Position numbers and translations under genes: made by a program. Source: Octopus sinensis (lineage: Eukaryota). From it: DNA of 64,000 nucleotides. The notes beneath the pieces are model-generated. The model saw only the letters and a program-made list of their open reading frames with translations. It did not search any database and was not told the DNA's origin. The stretch covers positions 29,574,001 through 29,638,000 of the forward strand of contig NC_043008.1 in NCBI RefSeq assembly GCF_006345805.1. The letters are read 5' to 3'. Below, in pieces: positions 27,677-40,430 of this stretch; position 1 is the stretch's first letter, and each line of letters opens with the position of its first letter.

Positions 27677-27954
27677 ATACGCGCACAAATATATAGATAC
27701 GTATATACATTCTAACTTATAGATTTGTGTTAGATGCAGAACCTAATTCAATAGGCAAAATAAAGCACATATATTTATTTAATGGCTTAAATCTCCATAA
27801 ATGAATCGATAGCCAAAGTTATACGCATGACATTTATCAAAAAGTGACATGAACAAAATATTCTGCCATTGAATTTGGTTTGTATATACAAATGTAACAG
27901 ACACCACACACACTCATACATATATGAATGTGTGTATGTATGTATATAAATATG

Positions 27955-28021
<67 letters not shown>

Positions 28022-28033
28022 CTAAGATATGCA

Positions 28034-28252
28034 CACGTTGGCTGCTGAAAAGTTGCTGGCTTTAAGCGTAACCCGAAGGGTCTGGCTGGAGGCCCAAATT
28101 TCCGAGTAATTTTACAGGACTCTGGAAGTCTGTAGAACCGCTGTAATAAGTGCGTACATCTGAGAGCCGAATATGTTGAATAAAGTCATAATTAACTGGT
28201 CCTCCAGCATATTACTTTATCCAAAGGCAGGAACATTTTAAGACCAAATCGT
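28034..28252 (+). mobile_element. Mariner-derived MITE
   Basis: Imperfect TIRs cacgttggctgctgaaaagttgctggcttt and aaaggcaggaacattttaagaccaaatcgtg; interior encodes [14 protein letters not shown], like the mariner transposase C-terminus. Confidence 0.75.
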
Positions 28253-28464
28253 GAGTATATGCTCTTCTATTCTTTGCGTTTTTCCGTCATCTGATTGTGG
28301 CTATTCTGGGGCAACACCTTTAAAGGTCTTGGTAGAATAAATCGCGCCACCTTGTTGCTGACATATTTCTCCGCTTTGTATAGATATTTCATCCTGTTAT
28401 TAATATTATCTATCGGCGTTTGTGCGTCTGAAAATAAATTATTGCCTTATTTATATCTCACAAC

Positions 28465-28495
<31 letters not shown>

Positions 28496-28577
28496 TATGT
28501 ATATATGTATGTATATACGTATGTATGTGTGTATATATTTATGTGTGTATGTATGTATATATGTATGTATGTATGTA

Positions 28578-28579
<2 letters not shown>

Positions 28580-28665
<86 letters not shown>
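28580..28665. repeat. (TA)n microsatellite
   Basis: Directly visible. Confidence 0.97.
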
Positions 28666-28668
<3 letters not shown>

Positions 28669-28766
28669 TTATTCTTACGATTCAGCCTTAGATTGTCTAG
28701 TCATGAGGTATTTATCTTACCATACTCTTACGTTGTGTAGAACATTTCGTAGGTAAATATTAAAAG

Positions 28767-29075
28767 TTGGTTAAGCATAGCTGGTTGTGTGAGGTTGTCA
28801 ACAATCTTTACATGCAAACTTCAAAACAGAACATTGGAGATGGTATGTATTTGAAATCAGAACAAGAATCCTATTTTCTGATAAATTATGAGATGTTTGC
28901 CTGTGTTGACTGTCTATATCATTTGTGTGGCAATAAATCAGGTGGTGACTTTTGGAAGCGTCATGGACAAAGATATCCACATTTAAGCAGTACTTACGAA
29001 ACAGTTTCACAGAATGTTTCAGTGTTGAAACATTGCTCACTTAAGGATGTTTTGTCGAAATGTGATGAAGTATAG
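28767..29075 (+). pseudogene. Possible hAT transposase dimerisation-domain remnant
   Basis: DFWKRHGQRYPHLSS resembles the hAT W....YP.L motif; downstream S.ER.FS motif not clear. Confidence 0.3.
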
Positions 29076-30171
29076 GAACGATCCGATTTTGAGAAACACA
29101 AGGGAGATATAATTTCCGCATTTATGTGACTATTTTGGAAGTTGTTTGGCGTTAAGTTGTTCGTCCTTGTAATAGTTTGTTTCGGTCACGACTAAGCCCT
29201 CTTGACAAATTAAACAACAGTAGTTGAATAAGATTTAGAATGCTATAGTGTGTTAATGCTTCCAGCTTACATCTGTAAAGCAGGCAATAATATTTGGAAA
29301 AGGAGTCTTAACGCAGAAATATCATTAACCTATAGAGTTGCTCCTTCACATACAAGCCTATTATAATAAGTAAATTAAAATATAGAGTTATTTGAATTTC
29401 CTTTATTTTGATATTAATATCATGCTTCAAATTTCCGATAATTTTACCCTTTGATATATTTTCATCTGTTGGACACACATATTCCGAAATATCATCATAA
29501 AGGTCTCCGTTGTTATTGTTGTTTTCGTCTTCGTCGTTGCTGTTTCTATTATTACTTTCGAGGTTTATTGGCATAAATACTAATGCCTGCGAAGCTTGTC
29601 TTGTGATATTTACTGCTTAATCACTTTATTTGATCAATTGCCTCCCACTTCAAATTTATCTTTCATCATTTCGGGATATGATCTATAACATAAAATATCA
29701 CTGAAACTTTGTTGATGGAATTAACTAAACTCTCCTCCTCCAAATAACTCGCTTGGAGCACAAATTACGAAATATAAAAGGTTCTAAAATTCGAATTTGT
29801 TATAGAGACAGAAAAATATGTCACTCCTTACATACTGAGTTTATTTCACAACGTACCAAATTTGCCTTCCATTTTTTTGTAACCAATATAAATACCAGTT
29901 GTAGTCAACTTTACACCTAGCGTAAGAATTGTGGCAAAATTAGAAAGCATTATTTTATGTTTGCTTTTGTGCAATTGTGCGCGACGATTTTCTTTTCCCT
30001 CTGTTGTTAGATTTACCTTAATACTATTGAATACAAACCGAGTTACTTTGGATACTTTACACCGAGATAAAAATTGGAACATGCTATAACTAGAAGAATA
30101 CTTCATAACATTTTTATGTCCCATCATTTGATGTTGGGTTGAAAAATCATATGACTGTATTTTCAATATTT

Positions 30172-30219
<48 letters not shown>

Positions 30220-31295
30220 ACAGAGAAAACTTTATATGTAACACAGCAGCGAAAAGCTGTTTAGTATATTTATTGTAGCGTTAACTTGAACGGATAGGCA
30301 CATTCCATACCAAGCGCTATAGAATTACTAAGGAAAAACTGGAATTCGGATTAGATGTTAAAGCAAACATTACAAACGGAGAAAAATAATGAAATTTTAT
30401 ACGGAACGGTGATATTTTACCTGAATTGCGAGGTTTAGAAAACGATTGGAATTCAGTCAGCTAAAAGATAAATATTTCGGAGTTGTAGTTTAGAATCAAC
30501 ATTTACATAACTTATGAAAAAGCAAATTAATATACAGTTGTATTGTTAATCGAGGAGAATGGTTGCACAGGCCTTCAGCAGATGCAGGAGAATCTAGCTG
30601 ATGTAGGTTACGACACGTTTCCATGAACCACTATTAAATCCGCCTAGTTCTCAACAATGCTGGTGATGGTATATTGTCTTTCTAAACATAATGTTATACC
30701 ATATAGAATGGACGTGTTATAACACAACTGTGGCCTTTAGATATATATCTATAGCTTACAGGAAAATTGTAAGTACAGAGCTTGGGTAAACCCTTTGATA
30801 TACATTTCCTTGTGAAGTAGAAGCTTAAAACAATTCCCTTGTAATCATCCCGCTTTTATATATCCACAACAAATATCCACAACATCCCTACATTTTGGCG
30901 CATGTGCACAAACGAATATTTGGTAGTGATTTTCAAAGAATATAATAACGATTAATAAAGTATATGAGAGCTAGAAGCTCTGTTTTTGTATAACATAAAA
31001 GACTGTAAGCTAGTACTAAAGTTTTGTATACATAATATGGTCAGAAAAAGATGGTCTTAGAAAGAATGAGATATAGAATTCTCAAGGTTCCACAAGATAA
31101 TAAAATTAAGGCTGGAGCTTCCTCAGTCTAGCCGGGACTTGTAGGATTCTAATTCATGTATCAGACTAGCAGGTACTACTGTTTTAAAGCTTATGTTCAA
31201 TTTTTTGAAAATTTAAAACAAAAAGACATGGCTTTTCTTAACTGCTACAGAGATGTGAAAACATGGCTGATATTCGTTAATTTCAAGTTAACTTA

Positions 31296-31487
31296 CTAAC
31301 GTTGAGGGTCGTCCGGCGCCTCCTTAGCGCCTCCCGAGTTTTTAACGCTCCCTAATGCCCTTTTGCTCTCAAACTCCCCCACCGAGCTCCAAACGGCTGC
31401 CGTTGAGAACCTTTGGTCTTTAATAATCAGTCCTCTGCCATCATTCCTTCTTTTCATATACAGTCTGTTTACGTTTGCAGTTAACAC
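31296..31487 (-). mobile_element. R4/Dong-like LINE fragment
   Basis: ANVNRLYMKRRNDGRGLI; 5' end abuts (TAA)n. Confidence 0.7.
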
Positions 31488-31535
31488 TTATTATTACTAT
31501 TATTATTATATTATTATTATTATTATTATTATTAC

Positions 31536-31587
<52 letters not shown>

Positions 31588-31590
31588 GGA
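31488..31590. repeat. (ATT)n microsatellite
   Basis: Directly visible. Confidence 0.97.
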
Positions 31591-31717
31591 ACTCCTGGAA
31601 ACTTGCATGCGTGACGGGCTTGCTGCCTGCTAACTAATACTTTCCTTGTTATTCGGCCCGTATATGTGTGTGAGTGTGTGTGAGTGTGTGTGTGTGTATG
31701 TGTGTGTGTGTGAGTGT

Positions 31718-31766
<49 letters not shown>

Positions 31767-32543
31767 TGTGTGTGTGTGTGTGGCAGTCCCTGTTGGGACG
31801 AATGATACTGCTCTTTAGCCCCAGGAAACATCGCTTGCAGCTGGTTACATTATTTCTGTCCTTATTTTTTTCGAACATGGGAGCTTAGCATCTCCCACTC
31901 AGCATAAATCATAGATCATCATCATCATTATAGTGCCATGGTTATTACATCATCACCGCGAATGTTTAGGCATATTTATGCGTAGGTTTTGCAGTCGAAT
32001 CGATGATATCCGTGTGTACATATATTGGCCAGAATCGAATCAAACTCCTCCTTTCACTGACTGTCAACAACTCATACCTGCAAAACGTCTTTTAGAGTTT
32101 TATATTTTTATTGCTAGATATATTCATTGTTTCAATATATAAGGAGATAGGAGCTCATCGTAAAACAATAAATGTTTATATTTTCTCTCGTTAATGAAAG
32201 GAATGTCGCATATATTCATACATCTATTTGATTAAAATGTCTTTATTAATTCTTCATTCAATCATAAGGTTTTAATATTCATATATAGCTGATATTTTGA
32301 TCTAGTTTGATCTTTTCGGCAGGACGTGGTTACCATCTTTTATGTCAATCATTGCCGTCAACTCCTCAGCAACTGTGTGAATAAATTGGATCTAATTCTC
32401 CGATTTCAATATCCATGACGAATTTAATATTCATACATTATTGTAACTTCCACAAATGGTTATAATTTTGCTTGAATTTATACACACCCCTTCAATACTT
32501 TCTCACTGCATAATTATCCCTTATAAAAACACTAGATGTCACG

Positions 32544-32621
32544 GTGATGGGCCCAGACATTTGGAATGCAGATGCATTGTGCTTATTGACTATATTCAGA
32601 AGGGCAATAGCACAAATAGAA
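32544..32621 (+). mobile_element. Short mariner transposase fragment
   Basis: With one frameshift WNAD(G)IVLIDYIQKGNSTN, matching mariner FWD..GI..IDYL.KG.TIN. Confidence 0.55.
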
Positions 32622-34518
32622 TTTGTTGTTTATAGTGAGTCTGTATCATATATTCTCCATGTCTGAGCTTTTCTTTATTATGTCATAGTTGAGTTTTTTT
32701 CCGAAATTATGAAGCCTAAGTAGGCTGATATTTCGCCAAATCCTGGTAAATTTTTGCGGTTGTTTGGTTGGTAAAAAAACCTAGGTAGTTTTCTCTTTTA
32801 TCGCAGTATAGTAGATTTATTTTCGTTAACAATGGAGATGCCAGGACAATTAGCATATATGTACTAACATAGTTGCAACTGTTCAATTACACATTCTATT
32901 GCACCAATTGGTGCAAATCTGGTATCGCGAAACGGATGCAAACTTGTGTCTATGGTGTGTAACATTGATTTTATATGTTGCATATAATATATTTTAGTTT
33001 TCCAGTTCATTGTACTGCTTCCAATTTAATTTCAATGTTTCGTCCTTTGTTTACGTAATATGTGATCTAGGTCCTCTATTAAGTTGATAGTAATGTTTGT
33101 ATATCGTATGCATCGTATGTGGGTAGCTGGGAGTACGACTAACGATTTTCAATCAATGGCCTCCTGATCATTCTTCTTGCTAGAGGTTAATATATGAACA
33201 ACTAAATTACGAGGATTATTCTTCTTTACTTGTTAGAAACCAATAGTGTTGTTTTGGCTACAAGCTGTCTCACTTCTAAAACTGTTGCTACATTTATTGT
33301 AGTTATTTTTAGTTAATTTGCTTATTTTATTACTCGTTGTTTTATTTTTTCATCGTATTTCGTAATTCATGTTTAGTAAAACCAAAAATTTATCATAAAA
33401 TCCGCAAGTTGTTTCTCAATTTCAGCCAAAGCTCTCTGAGAATATTTGAAAATTGTGCATTAACAACACAAACAAAATAAACAAATACATTTTCAAAACA
33501 GCAAATGACTATGCAACCAAATGAAGTTTAGCGAAATAGTTTTATACACAGTAAAACTGAATGAATTAATTACTAATTGAGTAAATAGAATGAAGTCATT
33601 GTTGGATGAAGATTCATGCAAATATTTGTTTCATATTTTATGCAATATGATTATATTTTTATATTTCATTTCTCTCCTTTCATCTTCTTTGCAATCGCTT
33701 TGTAACCACTCTTAGGCATTAACTCAATTTAAATTTAATGAGATATTTGTGTAGTTGATTAACAATTGTCCATCGATATATAATCGATATTGTTTTCGGG
33801 TCTATAATATGCTTAATGCTGGATTTTTTGATATAATGTAATTATTATATACATATACATACATGACTATGTGTGAGTGAGTGTGCGTGTACGTATGCCC
33901 ATATGTGTGCTTATGTGTGTGTGTAAATGTACACGCAGATACGTATATATATATATATATATAAATTAATATATATATGCATATAGATATTTAGAGAGAG
34001 AGATAGACATAGTAAGAGAGATGAAGACAGTGTAAATCAACAGATGAGATCCAGATATGATCAATAGAGGAACACTTAGTAGTGCTCAAATAATCTGATA
34101 TTACACACTGGATACTTCATCGAGGAAGCCGTACGCACGCGATATAAAAAATGGCTATTAGAGAAATACAGGTGGACTGATATGGAAATAATGAGGCAAA
34201 TAAACCCGTTTGGACTTGATATATAAAATATACGTGCATATATATATGAAACGAAAACTGAAAATATTGAAATGAACATTCATGTAGAAACAGATATTTA
34301 GATATTTCTAGAACAAATGAACATGGGTACAAAAGTTACAAAATTCTAAGGGGAGAAGGCATGGTATTTAAGAACCGGCTGCTGTTCCTGTAGGACGTGA
34401 GCTACTCTCCACTCTATAAAGGGAGGCCGGATATACAGTAATGTATACATGCACCTTCTTCTGGTTGCATATTCTTGAAGTTTCCACACTGCATGTGCGA
34501 ACATTATAGTTATATAAT

Positions 34519-34990
34519 TCATCTGCGCGGAAAATGATGGCCCCCAGATATTTGGAATGCAGAATCAGAAGAGCCATACCACTAATGGAGAAAACTATAC
34601 CAACATAATATGGCAGTTACGGAAAACTGTCACTAACATACGCTCAGGTAAACTGACGAAAGAGGTCTTCTTTCGTCATGACAATGCACCAGGATAGATG
34701 TCCTTAAATTCAATGGCAACTGTACGCGATTGTGGCTTTCAGTTGGTTTTCACCCTCCTTGTTCTCGTTATTTGACCCCTATGTGACTTTAATCACTTCT
34801 CCAACGTGTAAAAAACACTCGCTTCTCAAGGAACCAGTATCACAGTGATGATGATCTCATGTGACCTATTAATGATATTTTATGACCAACAGGAAGGAAG
34901 CTTCTTCCCCAATGAAGAATTGTGCCAACCGCAAGGGAGACTATATTAAATACAAACCTTATTTGGTCACATTCCATCAGCGTATCTTTT
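34519..34990 (+). mobile_element. Mariner (DD34D-type) transposase catalytic-domain remnant
   Basis: SARKMMA, TNGENY, QLRK, SGKLTKEVFFRHDNAP, CGFQLV.HPP, CANRKGDYIK. Confidence 0.85.
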
Positions 34991-35197
34991 GTACAAAATT
35001 CTATGATATCTTTATTATCAACGCTCTAACATACCTTTAAATCCTCTAAATGAAATCTTGTTTTTTCATCTTATCTCTTTATATATTGACAACGTGTTTC
35101 TCTCCTAAAATATTTTCTACCTTATATATATGTAAAGAGAGAGAGAGAGAGAAATACATACAGACAGGGAGGGAGAAAGAGAGAGCGCGTTAGAAAG

Positions 35198-35250
<53 letters not shown>

Positions 35251-35252
35251 CA

Positions 35253-35340
<88 letters not shown>

Positions 35341-35492
35341 TAGGTGAATGAATTATCCTATGTTTATCGTCAGCATGGAAAATTCGTCTAACCGAACCTG
35401 GGTAGCAAATTCACGTCAGAAATCACGGTTGAAGCGACCTGTCAAGGTAGAAACTCCGGGTTCATGTGTAGAAATTTGTGTGCTGTATATGA

Positions 35493-35821
35493 ATAAATGA
35501 AAGAATGGAGTCGAACGAAGATGTTAACAAAATTCCTTTACTCTCGACACATGTTTCGAAGATAGCATATTTTCAGTCCAAAAGAATAAAGGGTACATTA
35601 TTCAAACTTGGAGCCACTCTCGACAACAAGACAAACAAAAATTTGTAGGCAATCATCGAAATTTTTGTTTGTCTTGTTGACGAGAGAGGCTCCCTTTCTT
35701 TCCTGATGAGAAGATTGCATAATTCACCCTTTATTCCTTTGGAATGAAAATATGCTGTCTTCGAAACATGTGTCGAGAGTAAAGGAATTTTGTTAACATC
35801 TTTGTTCGACTCCATTCTTTC

Positions 35822-35827
<6 letters not shown>
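35493..35827. repeat. Long inverted repeat (152-bp and 169-bp arms, 14-nt spacer) of PLE pLTR-type sequence
   Basis: Arms 35493-35644 and 35659-35827 align with about 10 mismatches and one 17-nt indel. Confidence 0.95.
35694..35784 (+). ncRNA. Type I hammerhead ribozyme motif (intact core)
   Basis: Stem I CTTTCTTTC/GAGAG(T)AAAG; CTGATGA 35703-35709; 12-bp stem II with one mismatch; GAAA 35763-35766; C-ATGT-G; GUC 35772-35774. Confidence 0.85.
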
Positions 35828-35884
<57 letters not shown>

Positions 35885-36195
35885 GAAGGCGCATAGATCA
35901 GTGGTTAGAGCGTCGAGCTTACCATCGTGAGGTTGCGTGTTGCGTTCTTGAACAAGACACTTTATTTCACGTTGCTCCAGTTAACTCAGCGGTAGAAATG
36001 AGTTGCGACGTCACAGGTGCCAAGCTGTATCGGCTTTTGCTTTTTCCCTTGAATAACACTCGTGCCCTCGAGAGGGGAGGCCGGTATGCATGGGCAACTG
36101 CTGGTCTTCCATAAACAACTTTGCCTGGAATTGTGCCCAGGAGAGTAACTTCCTAGGTGCAATCCCATGGTCAGTCATGACCGAAGGGGGTCTCC
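35885..36195 (+). mobile_element. tRNA-derived SINE family C
   Basis: aaggcgcatagatcagtggttagagcg head, ttcttgaacaagacactt block, tail catgaccgaagggggtct. Confidence 0.85.
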
Positions 36196-38444
36196 GCAGT
36201 ATACACACACACACACATATATATGTGTACATACATATACTCTTAGATACTTACACAGTTGTGGAAGAATGTGTATTGACCTGTGTTTATATTTATATGA
36301 ATGAATATATTATATATCCATATTCACATATTCTGTTTCGTATATATATGCATAAATACTGTGTGTATGGGTGAGTGTGTGTTGTGTGTGTGCGCGTATG
36401 TGTGTCTGTCTGATTATATGTGTGCATGTGTGTATGTGTGTGTTTGTGTGCCATTGGTTCAAGCTGTAATCTCTTAATCACTTCATGCAATTTTTCCTTA
36501 ATTAGCTTAACTCTACGTTTTAATTTCTATCTGCCGATAATTGTGTTTGGTATTCAGTAACAACGTTTGAGCTTATACATTGCTTTGACTGCAACTTCCT
36601 CATTATTCCTTTTATTTATGGCTACTACAAATGACTAGTTTGATATTATCAAACGAAATATTTTCTAGGAATATTTTGAGGGTTATAATCTCAAGCATTA
36701 TAATGTTACAGTATGTATGAGCGCCTTTGGTGTCAATTGATTCATATTTTGTTTCTTGTTATTTTCCATTAACGTATGTGTATCAAATTATGTTATATCA
36801 TTAAATTCAAGAAAACCTCCGGCGTCAAATGGAAGGCATTCTACTTCACTTTATCTCTCCCCATTCTATCTAAGTTTTTGCATGTAGCTAATAAGTTCTT
36901 TTTTTGTTTTCTCTTACACACATATACTAGCTGTGTGAGGTTTCAGATTCTTCTCTGTTTGGTTTCATAGGATGCATCTTTCCTCATGAGGTGTCCCGAG
37001 GCAGTTTCATTCTAATAAAATCCTATACCTGTTTCTCTACTTGTCGGTTGATGCTACTTTGCTGAACAGGCAGACCGACCATGCATCAATAAACATTGCC
37101 ATACACGCACACACACACACACATACACACACACACATACATACACACACACACATACACGCAACCACACAAAGATACAGACAGACAAGCAAAAATTGGT
37201 ATATATACACATTAATGCACACATACACGTAAATATGTCCACCTGTCACTTGCATAGCTTGGTAGCATGCCTCATGCTTTCACGAATTATGTCAGGTGAC
37301 TTTGTAAATGCGTTCAGATATATATACAGCCACGGCTAGCTCTCTTCTGACCCGGAGAAGCATCCATTATCCGGAGAAGTATCCATGAAGTATCCACGAA
37401 ATATCCATGATAGCAATACATTGAACGACAGTTGGTTGCACCAAGACTGAACTCTCGAAAAAAACAGGGTGGAATTGATTTTGGCAAGTTTTGAAGTCAG
37501 TGATAACAGAGAAGAATACGTATTGTAACACATTATATAACAAGCCTCTTATTTTAACGGCAATTGTTCACTTTATTGTGCACATAAATTGTTTCGAACG
37601 TTAATCATTTAAGTATATTTTCCCTAAATTTTATTTACTGAACTTAAATAATATTACTTTGAAAAATATTTTTGAAGAATTCCTTATCACATCGTTTTTG
37701 CATGATATAACTTTCTGCAGGTATGGGTGTGGGGTGTTTATGTATATATTTATGTATATACACAAATATACATATATACATAAATACACACATATATTTA
37801 TGAATTTATTTTACAATATTTGAAACAGTGTGTGCAAAAATATATTGTTATATTTAAGCATGAACATTTTTCTCGTCCCAAATAAACACGCATTATATAT
37901 TCGTTCTTCACTCGTTTATTATTGTCCTTATTTCATATAATGTCCATTGTTTGGAAATCTTTTCTCAGATATCTGAGATCTCTTCAGTCTCTCATCCATC
38001 CACGTGCTCTCCCCTGTTCTGTTTAATCTATTCTGCCTCCTTATTATGTGTATCCATACCTGCGCATGAGTTTTTGTCTATATATCTGACTCGGTGTGTG
38101 TGTGTGTATGTGTGTGTGCGTGTGTGTGCGCGTGTTTAGGTGTTTTGTATGCGCTTTGTGTGTGTATACGGATTTGATTAATATATTATTTGTATATCTA
38201 TAGATATTCCATATGTATATGACGTTTCATATGTATATGAAATACCTAGAGATATCGTCTTTCAAATATGAAATACATATAGTTTCGTGTATAGGATTCG
38301 ACTCAATTCTCAAGGTCTGTGTATGTATATTTCTTTCTAATAGTATATCCATTCGAGGTCAACACTCTCATCGTGAATTATACTTCGTGAAGAAGTATAA
38401 TTTGTATGATACGTTTCTAATTCTGATGTGAACATTTACAAATG

Positions 38445-38565
<121 letters not shown>

Positions 38566-38732
38566 ATACATATTCACATTCATGCATCAGTACATATAAA
38601 CATAGTAAACACACGTGTAGATATATATGCACATATTAATTAAATATATATGTATATATTAATAATATATGTATATATATCTGTATGTGTGTATACTATG
38701 TTTATATGTACTGATGTACTGACATAATGCCT

Positions 38733-39136
38733 GTGGCACAGGAGTGGCTATGTTGTAAGTGGCTTGCTTACCAACCACATAGTTTAGGGTTCAGTCCGAC
38801 TCCGTGGCACATTAGGAAAGTGTCTTCTGCTATAGCCTCCGGCCGACCAAATACTTGTGAGAGGATTTGAAAGACGGAAACTGAAAGGAGCCCGTCCTAT
38901 ATATGTATATCTATATATGTATGTGTGTGTGTCTCTGTTTGTTCCCCACACCCCAACATCGCTTGACAACCGATGCTGGTGTGTTTACGTCCCTGTACCT
39001 TATCGGTTCGGCAAAAGTGACCGATAGAATAAGTACTAGGCTTACAAAGAATGAGTCCGATTTCTCCGACTAAAGGCGGTGCTCAAACATGTCCCCAGTC
39101 AAACGATTGAAACAAGTAAAAGAGTAAAGAGTAAAG
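38733..39136 (+). mobile_element. SINE family A, full length
   Basis: Head gtggcacaggagtggct, CORE-like block, internal TA/TG tract, tail ending (gagtaaa)n. Confidence 0.9.
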
Positions 39137-40264
39137 AGTATGTATGAGTGTGAATGTATACATATATGCTTATATATGCATAAGAGTGTACGTATTTATA
39201 TGTGTGTGTATCTCTATGTGTATCTTTTAATATATATATATATATAAATTGGACATGGACGATCGTTGTATTCTTTCTTTTCTGGAGGTTCACAGCCAAA
39301 TGGCTTGGTGGATTTGCATGAAAAAATAGCACACTAATGGAGACGGATGCTTAAACTGGAATGCAGTTAGTATTTTTTCCTAGCTCCGATAGTTGCCGTG
39401 AAAATCAGTTAAAACTTTTTTTAATGGAATTCCCATATTTGACCTCCATTAAAACAAACAGTTGCTCACACAGCTGGCATATACAATTTCGCTAGCAACA
39501 AGGGGAGTACAGGATGACAGTCAGCCAACACTTTTGCTATGCTGTATCTCTTATGTTCACCTCTTTGTGAGGTTAATAATCTTAATCTTTAGTTAAGTTT
39601 CTCATTAAAACTACATAATAGGCAGAATTGTCGGATTAAAACAGTAGTGGGTTTTGAGGGAGATTTGGCTGCTATTTCTACCAGCTCTAGCTACTATGTA
39701 GAGGTCTGTGCTTAATTTTCTTCCACATATTTGAATATCAAAATCTTAACATAATCTTTTCCCTAAATCAACTATCGTAAACACATACACACGCGCAAGC
39801 ATACATGTACGCACGCACACACACACACACACACACAAACACACATCCATTTCACATATCTTTCAATTTCTGCTCTCTGCAAATGAAATGTTTACAGATA
39901 CAACTGCTTACAAAAATAGGGATTAATGTATAATTTCTTTCTATGTTCATAATTAAATCAATGTTTTAATGATTAGACAGATGTCCAATAGAATAGCTCT
40001 CAGAAACAGTCTATGTACAAATTCGTTCTTCAAAACTCATGGAGCTGTTTTCTAATAGTGGGGGAAATCATGAACTTTTCATACAGCAGGAGGCTCCAAT
40101 CGAAGCAGGGGACCCGAAATAAGTTTGAGAAACGCTGTTATAGATTATGCCTAACCGAAAACGAAAACCGGGCGTAGCTGCTAGTGTATATGTAAATATA
40201 TATATATGGCCACAGCATGGCCACAGCTCGTGAGCTGAAACTAGATAAAAAAAAGATAAAAGTA

Positions 40265-40318
40265 TATATATAATATGTATATATATATATATATATAATA
40301 TATATATATATATATAAA

Positions 40319-40386
<68 letters not shown>

Positions 40387-40387
40387 C

Positions 40388-40418
<31 letters not shown>

Positions 40419-40430
40419 TGTATGTATGTG
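40265..40430. repeat. (TA)n-(TATG)n microsatellite
   Basis: Directly visible. Confidence 0.95.

Noticed and set aside
29308-29574. Minus-strand ORF with acidic/Asn tract and DLYDDISEY
   Set aside because: Partly low complexity; no recognisable domain or splice sites; stop shortly upstream.
30540-30700. Tc1/IS630-like helix-turn-helix resemblance (ENGCTGLQQMQENL)
   Set aside because: Single short match with stops and no catalytic motifs nearby.
32620-33250. Faint PLE RT-like words on the minus strand (RPLI, IKSML, LASPLL)
   Set aside because: Too degraded; motif spacing could not be confirmed by eye.
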